Source: Limnochordia bacterium
GTDB lineage: Bacteria > Bacillota > Limnochordia > DTU080
Reading direction: 5' to 3'
NCBI GenBank assembly: GCA_050951545.1
Contig: JBMNJG010000005.1
Coordinates: forward strand, 32,001 to 96,000
Length of the DNA stretch: 64,000 nucleotides
Under the pieces are notes generated by a model. That model was given only the letters and a program-made list of their open reading frames with translations, ran no database searches and was not told the DNA's origin. A program made the position numbers and the translations under genes. This document shows positions 28,665 to 38,731 of the stretch, in pieces; positions within the stretch are counted from its first letter, which is position 1, and every line of letters begins with the position of its first letter.

Positions 28665-30191
28665 CTACCCCTCCAGCTGGCCCAAGACTTCGTAGTCACC
28701 TACGGCGGCTAGCAACCTCACGTAAGCCAGCTGCCAGTCATAGAGGGCCCTGTGGGCTGCCGCTTCTGCCTGGACATAGGCGAACTGCGCCTCGGCTACA
28801 TCGGCGTGAGTTGCGCCTCCCAGTTCTGCGCGAGCCTGCACTGTAGTGTAGTTAAGCAGTTCTCGCTCCAAAAGGGCCAATTGTAGGTCATAGCGCGCCG
28901 CCTTCGCTGCCACGTCAGCCCATGATGTACGTATCTTGTCGTGGGCATCATCTCTCGCCTGCAGCAGATTGCTCTGAGCCACCCGCAACTCTGCCTCTGC
29001 ATTGCGAATGGCGACTGCACGACTGATTGCGGAATCAGCCCCTCCGAGGCTGGTCGCAAAGGAGGCATGCATACTCCACTGACCGCTCTGCTCCACTCGC
29101 AGTGAAGCGGACAGACTACCCGTAGTGCCGTCCTTCACTTTGGTCATGTCCAGGCCAAGCCCAAACGCCCCATTGCTCATGTCGTAACTGACTAGCGGCT
29201 TGAGCTCATAGGGTTGACCAAGACGTCCTGCAGCTAGGTTCTCCTCGCTGATCCGCTTACTCAGTAGAGCCTGGCGAACCTCTGGGCGTTGCTCTGCCCT
29301 ACCTAGCAGTTCCTCACAGGAACCAATGCCTTCGGGCTGCCACGTCGGCTCTAGCCATGTTTGGGCAACCGCGAGGAGCATCTCCTTATCCACACCCAGT
29401 TGCCGACTGAGCTCGCCCCCAGCGGCCTCACGCTGTGCACTGCTGGCCACGATATCGAGCTCAGCTACTCGCACGCGCTGCTCAGCCACGCGGATCTCCG
29501 TGGCCGTGGCTCTGCCCACTTCAGCTAGAGCCTTGCTTTTCTGCAGCTGAAGTGAATAGATGTCTAGCTGCTTGTGAGCCACCTGCTGATCGAGATCCAC
29601 TTTCCAGTAGTCCAAAAACGCCTTCGCCACCGCCACCACAGCAGCTTCGCGGGCGAGCTCCAAGGCGAGCTCTTTCTGTTCGACCGCCCTAGCTCGCTCC
29701 CGTACGAGCTGTGCCTCCTGGCGCATAGCACCATCGGGAACGCGCACTGCCCAGCCCAGGGTCAGGGGACCAGCCTTCACAGTCTTTGCGCCATTATCCA
29801 GACCCACTGTCACCTCATCAAGAGAGAGGGCGAGGCTCTGGTTGGGAGTCACGCTGCGCGTGACATCGGCCGTTATACGCACATCTGCCGCGGACTCACC
29901 GGCTGGTCCCCGCTGCACACTAGCTGATCTTAGTGTCGCCACGGCCAATCTCCATCCTAGGTCCGCCTGAGCTTCAGCCACATGTGAACGCGCGAGATCT
30001 AGCTCACGCTGCGCCTTGGCCACTGCGGGAGACTCGCTCGCTGCAAGGCGGATCAGTTGACCTAGTTGGGCATACGCCGCACTGGCACCAAACACCCAGG
30101 CCAACAAGACAGACACCGTCACCAGAGTACCCTTTATCATCGTCCGCTGTAATCTCATTGCGACACGCATCCTCATCACCTGGCATCTCAT
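28665..30191 (-). CDS. TolC family outer-membrane efflux protein
   Basis: Signal peptide; two OEP-like helical repeats, each with a beta-strand-rich insert; in an operon with MacAB. Confidence 0.75.
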   Translation of the reverse strand: MRCQVMRMRVAMRLQRTMIKGTLVTVSVLLAWVFGASAAYAQLGQLIRLAASESPAVAKAQRELDLARSHVAEAQADLGWRLAVATLRSASVQRGPAGESAADVRITADVTRSVTPNQSLALSLDEVTVGLDNGAKTVKAGPLTLGWAVRVPDGAMRQEAQLVRERARAVEQKELALELAREAAVVAVAKAFLDYWKVDLDQQVAHKQLDIYSLQLQKSKALAEVGRATATEIRVAEQRVRVAELDIVASSAQREAAGGELSRQLGVDKEMLLAVAQTWLEPTWQPEGIGSCEELLGRAEQRPEVRQALLSKRISEENLAAGRLGQPYELKPLVSYDMSNGAFGLGLDMTKVKDGTTGSLSASLRVEQSGQWSMHASFATSLGGADSAISRAVAIRNAEAELRVAQSNLLQARDDAHDKIRTSWADVAAKAARYDLQLALLERELLNYTTVQARAELGGATHADVAEAQFAYVQAEAAAHRALYDWQLAYVRLLAAVGDYEVLGQLEG

Positions 30192-30195
30192 AACC

Positions 30196-31233
30196 CTACG
30201 ACCCCAGGTAATCACGGAACTCCTGCTGCTTGTCACGAATGCGGATCTTCGTGTCGAGTAGAGCCTGACGGCTCTGGGTTAGGGAATTCTCCTGCGAAGC
30301 CAGCTGCATCTCCGTGATCATCCCCTGAGCTAGCTTGATCTGTGCCGCCGCCAGCTGTTCCTCGGCCACCCTTACGGTCAGTTCCGCGGCACTCAGCTCC
30401 CAATGGAGTGACGCGATCTCCATCCTGTACTGATGCACCTGGATGTACGCTCGTTTCTGCTCTTCCTCCAACACTCTCTCGGCCTTCTCCACAGCGATCT
30501 CATACTTCCGCCGATCGGTCAGAGGCGTGAAGCCCGCATCGTTAAGCTTGAGATCAAGCTGCGCCCCTTCTAACTGCTCGCGCGCACTCACTATGCGAGC
30601 TGTGCGGGCCAGCGCTAGCTCCAATGCTTCTTCGGCATCCCAAGTCTCCAATGTCAGTTCGAAATCTCGCACCTCAAGATCAAAGGGCGCATTGATGTCG
30701 TCAGACCCAAGGTACTGCAAGAAGCTCATCCGCGCAGTCTGCAGAGAGGCCTTTGAATCGGCCAAGCTCTTTTCTGCCGAGATGACGTCCTTCTGGGCAT
30801 TGAGCAGAGCTACGTTACTCTCCAGATTGAGGCGGATCTTGAGTTCGACCGTGGCCAGCTCCTCCTTGGCCTGCGCCAGTCGGCGCTCGTTGAGTGCAAC
30901 GAGATCGTGTGCCTTGAGAATAGCCAGTGCCTGATTGCTGACCTCACGACTCACTCTGCTTCTTTGAGCCTTCAGATTGTCCTCAGCCTTGTCATACGCC
31001 AAGCGTCGCTGCCTGAGCTGGCTTGGGTTGGGGCTAAGCACCTGATCGGCCTCCGCACGCTGAAGATCCATGCGTGCCAGTTCCAGGTCGAGTAAGGCGG
31101 GGACCACGTCTGCGTTGCGCTCCAGCGCAAGGGCAATCGCATCGTCTAGAGTGATTGTTGACGCAGCCACTGCGTTCACGCATAGAGCCATGGTGATAGC
31201 CAAGATGACGATGAGGATACGCCTAGATGCCAT
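30196..31233 (-). CDS. TolC family protein (short, mostly helical)
   Basis: Signal peptide; ITLDDAIALALERN; two OEP-like repeats (...KLAQGMITEMQL). Confidence 0.75.
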   Translation of the reverse strand: MASRRILIVILAITMALCVNAVAASTITLDDAIALALERNADVVPALLDLELARMDLQRAEADQVLSPNPSQLRQRRLAYDKAEDNLKAQRSRVSREVSNQALAILKAHDLVALNERRLAQAKEELATVELKIRLNLESNVALLNAQKDVISAEKSLADSKASLQTARMSFLQYLGSDDINAPFDLEVRDFELTLETWDAEEALELALARTARIVSAREQLEGAQLDLKLNDAGFTPLTDRRKYEIAVEKAERVLEEEQKRAYIQVHQYRMEIASLHWELSAAELTVRVAEEQLAAAQIKLAQGMITEMQLASQENSLTQSRQALLDTKIRIRDKQQEFRDYLGS

Positions 31234-31316
31234 GTGGCTAACCTCCTGTAAGGCAATCTCCGCTGAAGGCGGGTACTGGAGCTATCTTACCAGCTATTTG
31301 TGACGAAAAGATGACA

Positions 31317-31350
31317 AGACTGGGAAGTCCAGGCCTAGACTTCCCAGTCT
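31317..31350. terminator. Hairpin, probable terminator downstream of the oxidoreductase gene
   Basis: AGACTGGGAAGTC-8 nt-GACTTCCCAGTCT perfect 13-bp inverted repeat. Confidence 0.6.
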
Positions 31351-31409
31351 ACTATACAGGTCGTGAGTAACAGCGTCACCCCAGCCCCAAGCTCCTGCTG
31401 AGATGATCT

Positions 31410-32663
31410 CTACGGAATCAGACTGCGCGGGTTCCACGTACCCTGCGCCACCTGCGGAACGAACTCATCAAGCCCCTCTATGGGGAAAGCCAGGGTCTTG
31501 TTGAGTTCAGCAGACATGTAGCAGGCCATCACTAGCTCAATCACCTGTAGACCATCATGCAGATCCTCAATAGGTTGCACTCCATCGATAAACGACTCCA
31601 CCATGTGACGATTCTCATCGGTGTAGCCATAGATACCGGCTTCGTCCCACAGATACGGCAACAAGCCCTGCTCTGCGCCTTGCTTCTCTACCAAATCCTC
31701 GCCCTCCGGACCTCGCACGTGGCGACTGAAGAAAACCTGAGACTCCGGATCGAGGCTGTTGCTCATCAATGAGTACTCCGGCCCCAGGACCTCAAACGTC
31801 AGGCGCAGCCCAGGGCCCACGTAGCTCCAAGAGGTACTGGTTTGAGCAATGGCCGTCTGACCTTCTGCAGTCTCGTAGACAACCTCACCATAGGCGTAAT
31901 CCTCTACGGGGGCCCGAGAGTAGTCGATCTCTTCACCCATCGCCTTCTGTAACTGACGGATATACTCAGGCCTCGTCCATTTGAGAGAGGCGATTCGTCC
32001 TGTGACGGCCTGCGGCTTGAGCCATTCCCTACCAGCGTCTGGCTTCGTCAGAAATAGTCGGCTTGACTCTACACTGTGGCACATCATGTCGCTGAGGGCA
32101 CCACCGCCCTGATGCTTTCCTGACCAGAACCAGGCCCTGTGAGGACCGCTATGCTCTTCGGAGCAACGGGCCAGATAGGGGACACCAGTGGTCGCCGCTC
32201 CCCTACGCCAGAGAATGTCGCGGCCGCGAGTGACAATGGGTGAAAAAGCTTGGTTCTCCAAGTAGCCGTGTAGCAGACCAGTCTCCTCGACCATCGCCAC
32301 AATCTGCTTGGCTTCGGCCACATTGCGCGCCAAGGGTTTTTCTATGCAGATGCCCCTTAATGAGGCCCTCTTGCTTAGCACTTCCTCGCAGATCTGCTCC
32401 ACTATGCCGATTCGAGTGTAGTTGGGGGCTACTACCCAGACTGCATCAACCCGAGGATCACGCACCATCTCGCGTACATCCTGATACACTTGCGGATCAC
32501 CCACCCGCAAGGAGCGACATAGTGCAGCCGCTTCGTTGGCTGTTTCCTGGTTGCGGCTGCAAATGGCGGTGATATCACTGTGCCGGACCGCTCTCCAGGC
32601 CTGAATGTGAAAGCGCGTCATAAACCCACTGCCAATGATCCCCACACCTAGACGTTTCACCAT
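31410..32663 (-). CDS. Gfo/Idh/MocA family oxidoreductase
   Basis: GIIGSGFM, CIEKPLARN and GGGALSDMMCH motifs. Confidence 0.9.
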   Translation of the reverse strand: MVKRLGVGIIGSGFMTRFHIQAWRAVRHSDITAICSRNQETANEAAALCRSLRVGDPQVYQDVREMVRDPRVDAVWVVAPNYTRIGIVEQICEEVLSKRASLRGICIEKPLARNVAEAKQIVAMVEETGLLHGYLENQAFSPIVTRGRDILWRRGAATTGVPYLARCSEEHSGPHRAWFWSGKHQGGGALSDMMCHSVESSRLFLTKPDAGREWLKPQAVTGRIASLKWTRPEYIRQLQKAMGEEIDYSRAPVEDYAYGEVVYETAEGQTAIAQTSTSWSYVGPGLRLTFEVLGPEYSLMSNSLDPESQVFFSRHVRGPEGEDLVEKQGAEQGLLPYLWDEAGIYGYTDENRHMVESFIDGVQPIEDLHDGLQVIELVMACYMSAELNKTLAFPIEGLDEFVPQVAQGTWNPRSLIP

Positions 32664-32693
32664 GCAGTAGACCTCCCTATGGAATGGTGCTAT

Positions 32694-32722
32694 GCTGTTG
32701 CGGGCATGTCGGCCGCCAACCA
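32694..32722 (-). repeat. Dispersed intergenic motif copy
   Basis: Plus strand GCTGTTGCGGGCATGTCGGCCGCCAACCA, about 31 nt upstream of ATG 32663. Confidence 0.7.
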
Positions 32723-32743
32723 CGCCTCTCCCTCTCAGATCCT

Positions 32744-34504
32744 CTAACCAGTTCGCAACTGTGTCTCAATAGCTGCTGGAGCAGCAAATATGGCTTTATA
32801 ACACGCCGGATCAAACTTCGCCAGGCGCTCGTCAGTGTACAACCCGTTAACCTCTTGCTCCACGTCCGTGAGCTGGGTATAGCAAAATCCACATATGCGT
32901 GGATTGCCCACAAGAGCCGAGGTCAGACCGCCCAATCGCTGAAAGAACTCCTCTTCGTCTAGCGGACGCGCCCCGTAGCCCCATGCCTTCTCATCGATCT
33001 GGGCGGGGTTCCACCAGATACCTCCGTATTCATCGACGAGATAGGGCTGGCCCGCCACATGAGGAGCATTGTTTGACTGGGAGTTGCGCCAACCCGCCTC
33101 GCCCTGAGCCAGCGGCCCGTAGGCTGCAGCGAACTGAGCCACATCCTGCGAGTAGTTGTGCACCGTGTAAAGATCCGTACTCACATGCACATACCCACTG
33201 GTATCGACTACTGGCCTCGTAGGGTCCACCGCCTTGGTCACGCGATAGATGGTACGCAGCAGTTCCGGATTCTGATCATTGGGTGTCTCATTAAACGGAC
33301 ACCAAGTGATGATACTCGGATGATTGGCATCGCGCTGTAGCACATCCAGCCATTCCGTGAGGACGCTCTCCAAGACCGCAGAATCACTGTGATCAAGACC
33401 CCAGTTTGGAAACTCGCCCCACACCAGGTATCCCAGGCGATCCGCCCAGGTAAGAAAGCGAGGCTCAAAGACCTTTTCATGCAGCCGAGCACCGTTGAAT
33501 CCTGCGGCCTGCGCCAGCTCGATATCCCGTCTCAAGTGAGCATCTGAAGGCGCTGTATAGATCCCATCCGGGTAGAACCCCTGGTCAAGTACCAGCCGTT
33601 GGAAGAGCGGCTCGCCGTTGAGGTACACGCAACCGTCTGCCAGCTTAATCGAACGCATACCGAAATAGGAGACGACTCGATCCATCCCTGCCTCCGTTTC
33701 CAAGACCAACTCCAGATCATAAAGAAACGGATTAGCCGGCGACCAGAGCCTGGGCTTCGCCACATCAAGAGTCATTGTGGTTAGAGGGGCGACTGCCTCC
33801 ACAGAGTGCTCCGAGATCACCTCGCCATCAGCTCTCACTGCCGCCCTCAGTCTGCCTTGCGACGGACCTACGCCAGGAACCGGGCTGTACAAGACGGCCT
33901 CCACCCGAATGCTCTCTTCCGTTAGGGAGGGCGTCAGCCGTAGGTGGTCAATGCTAAACGCCGGAACTGGCTCTAGCCAGACCGTCTGCCATATGCCAGT
34001 TGTCCGCGTATAGTGACAGCGGGCAGATGCATAGGCCACACTCTGTTTTCCTGTCGGTTGCAGGCCCGAACGCGTATCGTCGATGGCCCGCACGACCAGT
34101 GTGTTGTCACCCTCACGATCGACCAGTGCCGTGATGTCAAGGCGAAAAGGTGTGTATCCACCTCGGTGCATACCAGCCAAGCGACCATTCACCCAGACAG
34201 TGGCCTCATAGTCGACAGCGCCGAAGTGAAGCAACAGCCTACTGTGACCCCAGTGATCAGGCACACGGAAGCGGCGACGATACCACACACATGGCATGAA
34301 ATCCGTTTTGCCAACACCCGATAGCTTGCTTTCAGGCGCAAAAGGAACCACGATTTTCCGCTCAAGATCTCCACCAGTGGGCAATCCCCTGGCCTCACCA
34401 CTGAGGCCAGGATCCTCACCGAACTCCCACTCTCCGTTCAGGTTCAGCCAGTCGTTACGCACCAATTGCGGCCGAGGGTATTCGGGGCGCGGTATACTAC
34501 TCAA
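32744..34504 (-). CDS. Glycoside hydrolase family 2 (beta-galactosidase/glucuronidase-like)
   Basis: PRPEYPRPQ, LNLNGEWEF, HFGAVDY, TGIWQTVWLE, LDQGFYPDG, NHPSIITWCPFNE and DEYGG motifs. Confidence 0.9.
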   Translation of the reverse strand: MSSIPRPEYPRPQLVRNDWLNLNGEWEFGEDPGLSGEARGLPTGGDLERKIVVPFAPESKLSGVGKTDFMPCVWYRRRFRVPDHWGHSRLLLHFGAVDYEATVWVNGRLAGMHRGGYTPFRLDITALVDREGDNTLVVRAIDDTRSGLQPTGKQSVAYASARCHYTRTTGIWQTVWLEPVPAFSIDHLRLTPSLTEESIRVEAVLYSPVPGVGPSQGRLRAAVRADGEVISEHSVEAVAPLTTMTLDVAKPRLWSPANPFLYDLELVLETEAGMDRVVSYFGMRSIKLADGCVYLNGEPLFQRLVLDQGFYPDGIYTAPSDAHLRRDIELAQAAGFNGARLHEKVFEPRFLTWADRLGYLVWGEFPNWGLDHSDSAVLESVLTEWLDVLQRDANHPSIITWCPFNETPNDQNPELLRTIYRVTKAVDPTRPVVDTSGYVHVSTDLYTVHNYSQDVAQFAAAYGPLAQGEAGWRNSQSNNAPHVAGQPYLVDEYGGIWWNPAQIDEKAWGYGARPLDEEEFFQRLGGLTSALVGNPRICGFCYTQLTDVEQEVNGLYTDERLAKFDPACYKAIFAAPAAIETQLRTG

Positions 34505-34531
34505 CTGTCTTCCTCCCAGAAAATCAAGTGG

Positions 34532-34560
34532 CGTTGTGCGGGCATGTCGGCGGCCAACCA
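34532..34560 (-). repeat. Dispersed intergenic motif copy
   Basis: Plus strand CGTTGTGCGGGCATGTCGGCGGCCAACCA, about 28 nt upstream of TTG 34504. Confidence 0.7.
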
Positions 34561-34590
34561 ACGCATAGGCCCTCACCTATAGAAAACCTG

Positions 34591-36333
34591 TCATCGCACA
34601 TCAAAAGCAAACATGTGCGACTCGCGAGCTCCCCATGTGGCCTCGGGGATGAAACGAATGGCCTGGGTCTCAACATCCACAGCCAGGCGCACCAAACGCT
34701 GGTAGTTGTTATCCAGGCGAGCCAACACAAGCCAGCGGCCCACGTCATCCAACGCCTCTACGCGAAAAGCCCGAGTCATGGTGTCGGGTACCGTCAACGG
34801 CTCCGCATCGAGCGGGTAGTTCGAGCGGATGTTCTTCCCCTGGCGATTGAGATCGCTATCAAACACAAAGCGTATCTGACGCACGGAAGATGGTTTGTCA
34901 AAACGGTACTCCACCCATGAACCCACCGCGCCGCGCCAGCCATTGTCGCTGTCGCCCACTGGTCGGTCGGCACCGTTGCGCAGCGGTTCCGGATCATTTT
35001 CAGAAGCTGTCAACCGAGCCTCTCTGCTCAGAGCTGGCACCTGCCGGACATGCCAGGGCAAATAGACGTCATCATCCATGAGCGCTTGCTGTAACTGAGG
35101 GACGCACTTCTCGTAGATCTGGCGCGGCGTCAACGCTTCCTTGACAGCAATCGCCGCCGCAGTGCCTACCGCCTGACCTAGTAGAGCACAGGTCGCCATC
35201 ACGCGTGTGGCACTCAACGCAGCATGCGTGGTACTGATGTTTCGCCCAGCAAAATACAGGTTCTCGATGTTGCGCGAGTACAGACAGCGGTAGGGTATGC
35301 CGAAAGGCGAAGGCGCAGGGTGGAATATGGTAGGCTTCCCAGGCCAGTTCATACCTCCGGGGTGATGATCATCCATTGTCCATCCACCGTAGGCCACCAA
35401 ATCGGGGAAACGCCCTTCGGCCCTGACGTCGTGTTGCGTCAGGATGTGATCGCCTTCATAGCGCCGACTCTCTCGCTTCCCCGGTAGAAAACCTACCCAG
35501 TCGAGCTCCCAGTTATCAGCACCGTGCTCACCACGGTTTTTGATGTGGTCCCATACACCAAAAGCCACTTTCAGCAACTCATCGCGAATCTCCTCGGTGT
35601 CGTATATGGAGTTCTGTTCGCCGCCCAGCTCAATCCACCAGTAATTTGCGTGTGGCAATGCGTGACCCCGGTAGGGCAGGTCCTCGTCGCTACCATAGAC
35701 ATAGGCCCATGTTGGAGGTACGAAACGCTGCGGCCTGTCGGTCTCCCGAGCCTGGATGAGGCAGCTCATCCCCATGGTCTTGCGGTCGGCCTCGTCAGGC
35801 TGTATCGACTCACCAAACTCCGAAGCCGCCTCGCGCCCCATCCGAAAGTGTGCACCGCACCGAGGCGCCAAGACGCTGTCACCTGAGCAATCTGCAAACA
35901 ACTCGGCCTCGACCGTATGCCACGTCTGAGTGGTCAACTGCCACCCCTTGACACTCCTGATCCGGTTGCCTGCCATCAGAAGCTCGTTGCAGGAACAGTT
36001 GAGAAGCAGTGTTATGTTCTCCTCAAAGCGCACCTTCTCGTACAAGATGCTGTCCCAGATCGAGAGAACCTGACTGGGGTTCCGATAGCGGTTCTCTAGT
36101 TCGATCTCCTCGAGGATCCCTGTCTCCCGGTTATTGGGGCCATGGGCCCCGCATACCCACATGCGGATCTCCGATGACGCATTTCCTCCCAACACTGGCC
36201 GATCCTGCATGAGAGCAACTCTGATGCCACGTCGGGCCGCAGCAATGGCGGCACACATCCCCGCTAAGCCTCCGCCAACAACACACAAATCGACGCGATG
36301 AGTTTTATCTCTCAAAGGAAACACCCCCGGCAA
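34591..36333 (-). CDS. FAD-dependent oxidoreductase with C-terminal beta-sandwich domain
   Basis: VVGGGLAG, LGGNASSEIR, DCSGD, GKRESRR, AGRNIS and TRVMATC motifs. Confidence 0.88.
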   Translation of the reverse strand: MPGVFPLRDKTHRVDLCVVGGGLAGMCAAIAAARRGIRVALMQDRPVLGGNASSEIRMWVCGAHGPNNRETGILEEIELENRYRNPSQVLSIWDSILYEKVRFEENITLLLNCSCNELLMAGNRIRSVKGWQLTTQTWHTVEAELFADCSGDSVLAPRCGAHFRMGREAASEFGESIQPDEADRKTMGMSCLIQARETDRPQRFVPPTWAYVYGSDEDLPYRGHALPHANYWWIELGGEQNSIYDTEEIRDELLKVAFGVWDHIKNRGEHGADNWELDWVGFLPGKRESRRYEGDHILTQHDVRAEGRFPDLVAYGGWTMDDHHPGGMNWPGKPTIFHPAPSPFGIPYRCLYSRNIENLYFAGRNISTTHAALSATRVMATCALLGQAVGTAAAIAVKEALTPRQIYEKCVPQLQQALMDDDVYLPWHVRQVPALSREARLTASENDPEPLRNGADRPVGDSDNGWRGAVGSWVEYRFDKPSSVRQIRFVFDSDLNRQGKNIRSNYPLDAEPLTVPDTMTRAFRVEALDDVGRWLVLARLDNNYQRLVRLAVDVETQAIRFIPEATWGARESHMFAFDVR

Positions 36334-36336
36334 CTC

Positions 36337-37587
36337 TCAGGACCAATGTGACCAGTAGTACTGCGTACCAAAATGCGATAGATGCTCTGTCAGAAAGAAC
36401 ATGGCTCCACTACGCCAGGTGTTCCCGGCCTGCATGAGATCGGCCACTGCCCGCTGCAGGCTAGTCTCTCGCGGCACCGTGGCCAGATCGAATGGCTCGC
36501 GCAAGTAGATAAACCAGAGGCCGTCTTGTCCCGACGAACGGACTGGGTATAGATACAACTCCCGTTGGAAACGCGCCAGATTCTCAGATGTCAGCTTGAT
36601 CTGTTGAAGCTGGGTGTTGAAGATCCACGAAGTGCTCGATATGCTCCTGAAGGGTCGGTCTGGAAACTGCTGCTGGAAAAACGAGGTGGCCCGCCGGAAG
36701 GAGTTAGCGCATCTTTCGAGGGTCATCCCGCCACCCTCAGGGATATGCATGTCCAGTGTGGTGTCCCCTTTCTGGAGCACACACTCCCAAGCCGTCTTCT
36801 CCAAGCGCGTTCTCCTCTTGACCGCATAGCCCAGAGGAGATATTGGATACCCGACCACCGCGTCATTGTCAACGGTCAGAGTGGCTGTCCAACCGTGCTC
36901 GGTATCCACGATGCCAGCACTGCCATCCACGTACCCTTCTTTGTTGTAGCGCGCCCCATCTGGCGCCAAAGTCATCACACGACCACTCTCACGGTGGCGG
37001 TAGACGCTAATCCCTGCAGCAAAGGGCCTCAGCATGTACTCGAATCTGCCAACACGAAACAACCTACCCGCATCGTAATGACGCAACCAGTATAGCTGCT
37101 TGATGGGAATGCCTACCCAGCCATCCGTCATCCGGCGGTAGTTCATAGAGAAGCATGCTATCTGCTGACACGTGTCGCGCGTGATTTCCTCGGGGACTCC
37201 CATCCGATGATGAAGAGCCAACACCCTCGGCACCAAAGCCAAGGCGATCAGCAAATAGAAAGCACCGCACAGCTCCCGAAGCGCCGATTCCAGCGTGGGC
37301 CATTCCCGTGTTTTGTCGTAGTCTAGGTGTTCAAACAGAAGGCGGTAGCAGTGCCACGCCAACAAGACCAGCGCCGGCTCTTGCCGGATACGCGCCGCTG
37401 CGTCCAAGAGCACAGCCTCTGTCTCAGGAGCCAGACGGCTCCATGAGAGGTTGCGCCGAATCTCGTCAACCGTCAGAAACGGCGGGACGGAGTCTCCTAA
37501 GGATGCCACCGAATCCTCCCAATAGGGGCGAAACACCTCTAGCGCTGCGTCCTCCCGCAGCTGCGAAAGCACATCCTCCAGTTTCAC
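36337..37587 (-). CDS. GNAT-like acyltransferase domain protein (DUF5596-like)
   Basis: LFRVGRFEY, LDMHIPEGG, TSWIF, NLARFQ and TSLQRA motifs. Confidence 0.7.
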   Translation of the reverse strand: MKLEDVLSQLREDAALEVFRPYWEDSVASLGDSVPPFLTVDEIRRNLSWSRLAPETEAVLLDAAARIRQEPALVLLAWHCYRLLFEHLDYDKTREWPTLESALRELCGAFYLLIALALVPRVLALHHRMGVPEEITRDTCQQIACFSMNYRRMTDGWVGIPIKQLYWLRHYDAGRLFRVGRFEYMLRPFAAGISVYRHRESGRVMTLAPDGARYNKEGYVDGSAGIVDTEHGWTATLTVDNDAVVGYPISPLGYAVKRRTRLEKTAWECVLQKGDTTLDMHIPEGGGMTLERCANSFRRATSFFQQQFPDRPFRSISSTSWIFNTQLQQIKLTSENLARFQRELYLYPVRSSGQDGLWFIYLREPFDLATVPRETSLQRAVADLMQAGNTWRSGAMFFLTEHLSHFGTQYYWSHWS

Positions 37588-37656
37588 AACCAGGCCTCCC
37601 AGATAAAGATGACAAACTGGTCAATCAACGGGCCTATCACCGATGTGCGGGCTAGG

Positions 37657-38562
37657 CTAGGAGCGGTCGGGCACTTGCCAGTTGGCATACCATACCGAGT
37701 CTTCCGGAACTGGCTCTTGCCCCTGCCACAGATCCTGCATCGTGCTGAACTCACCGAAAACCGGGCGGATGACATCGTCCCAGACCCGCTCTACCTGCTC
37801 GAATGTCCGTAGGCGCTGCGTGGGCTGATCTTTATCGTAGGCCGCCAGTAACTCCTGTGCTTTCTCGCCAAGAAAGCGCACTTCATCAGCTACCATACGC
37901 TCACCGACCAGGCGGTCAGAAAGGGAAGCATTCTTGCCCATGGCAAAATGGGTTCCCGGCTCCGAGGGCTCGGGCAAGCGTGACAGATCCACACACTCCG
38001 GGTTTAGTGCCCACAGAAGAGACGTCTCAACCTTGCCAGCATGGTCGCCACCGCTACGACCGTTGCCATCGAAACCCGGTTGGTTGGCTTCCCAATCAGG
38101 CAGGCTGTACAGACGCGTGCCAACATAGGGCTGTATCAGCTCAACGAGGCGCTTGAGGTCCTTCCAGTTCGGCCCATAGTGCCCAGTAAGCAAGATAGCG
38201 GCATGGAAGCCAATGGCATCTGCCATTCGAATATGATAGCAGACATTCTTGAAGTGCTGCCAAGGCGGTAGGCATGTTAGCCAAGTGCGCTCCACTTCTC
38301 CCACGTTCTTGCGGGACCATACCGCGTAGCCGCTCAGTTCATGGATGTGCCAAAAATCCGGTGGTGCCACCATGCCTCCATGGGTGCGGGCTGCTTCGCA
38401 AGCGATCCCGTAGGCTTTCAGCCCGTCAAGTCCCACTGCATTATGGGGCCCGTGAGGTTCACAAAGCCCGTAAGCAAAATAGACTATCGGACACTTCTCG
38501 AACGCCTGTTCCAACTGATCCGGAAACATTCTCTCCCAACGAACTTCCCTTGATATGGACAC
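37657..38562 (-). CDS. Creatininase family amidohydrolase
   Basis: GLCEPHGPHNAVGLD, TGHYG and DHAGKVETS motifs. Confidence 0.85.
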   Translation of the reverse strand: MSISREVRWERMFPDQLEQAFEKCPIVYFAYGLCEPHGPHNAVGLDGLKAYGIACEAARTHGGMVAPPDFWHIHELSGYAVWSRKNVGEVERTWLTCLPPWQHFKNVCYHIRMADAIGFHAAILLTGHYGPNWKDLKRLVELIQPYVGTRLYSLPDWEANQPGFDGNGRSGGDHAGKVETSLLWALNPECVDLSRLPEPSEPGTHFAMGKNASLSDRLVGERMVADEVRFLGEKAQELLAAYDKDQPTQRLRTFEQVERVWDDVIRPVFGEFSTMQDLWQGQEPVPEDSVWYANWQVPDRS

Positions 38563-38731
38563 TCGCTCCCACCTCACATGCGAAGTCTGAACCTATCATT
38601 CTGGGCTCAGAGTGTTGGTACCTCCATGACTGATACATTGACCGTTCGCTGTTGGGGCTTGACGTCGATTACTTTATTCGCGATTATTGTAAGTGCAAGC
38701 ACGTAGACGCCAGATATGAGGTGATTCAGAC

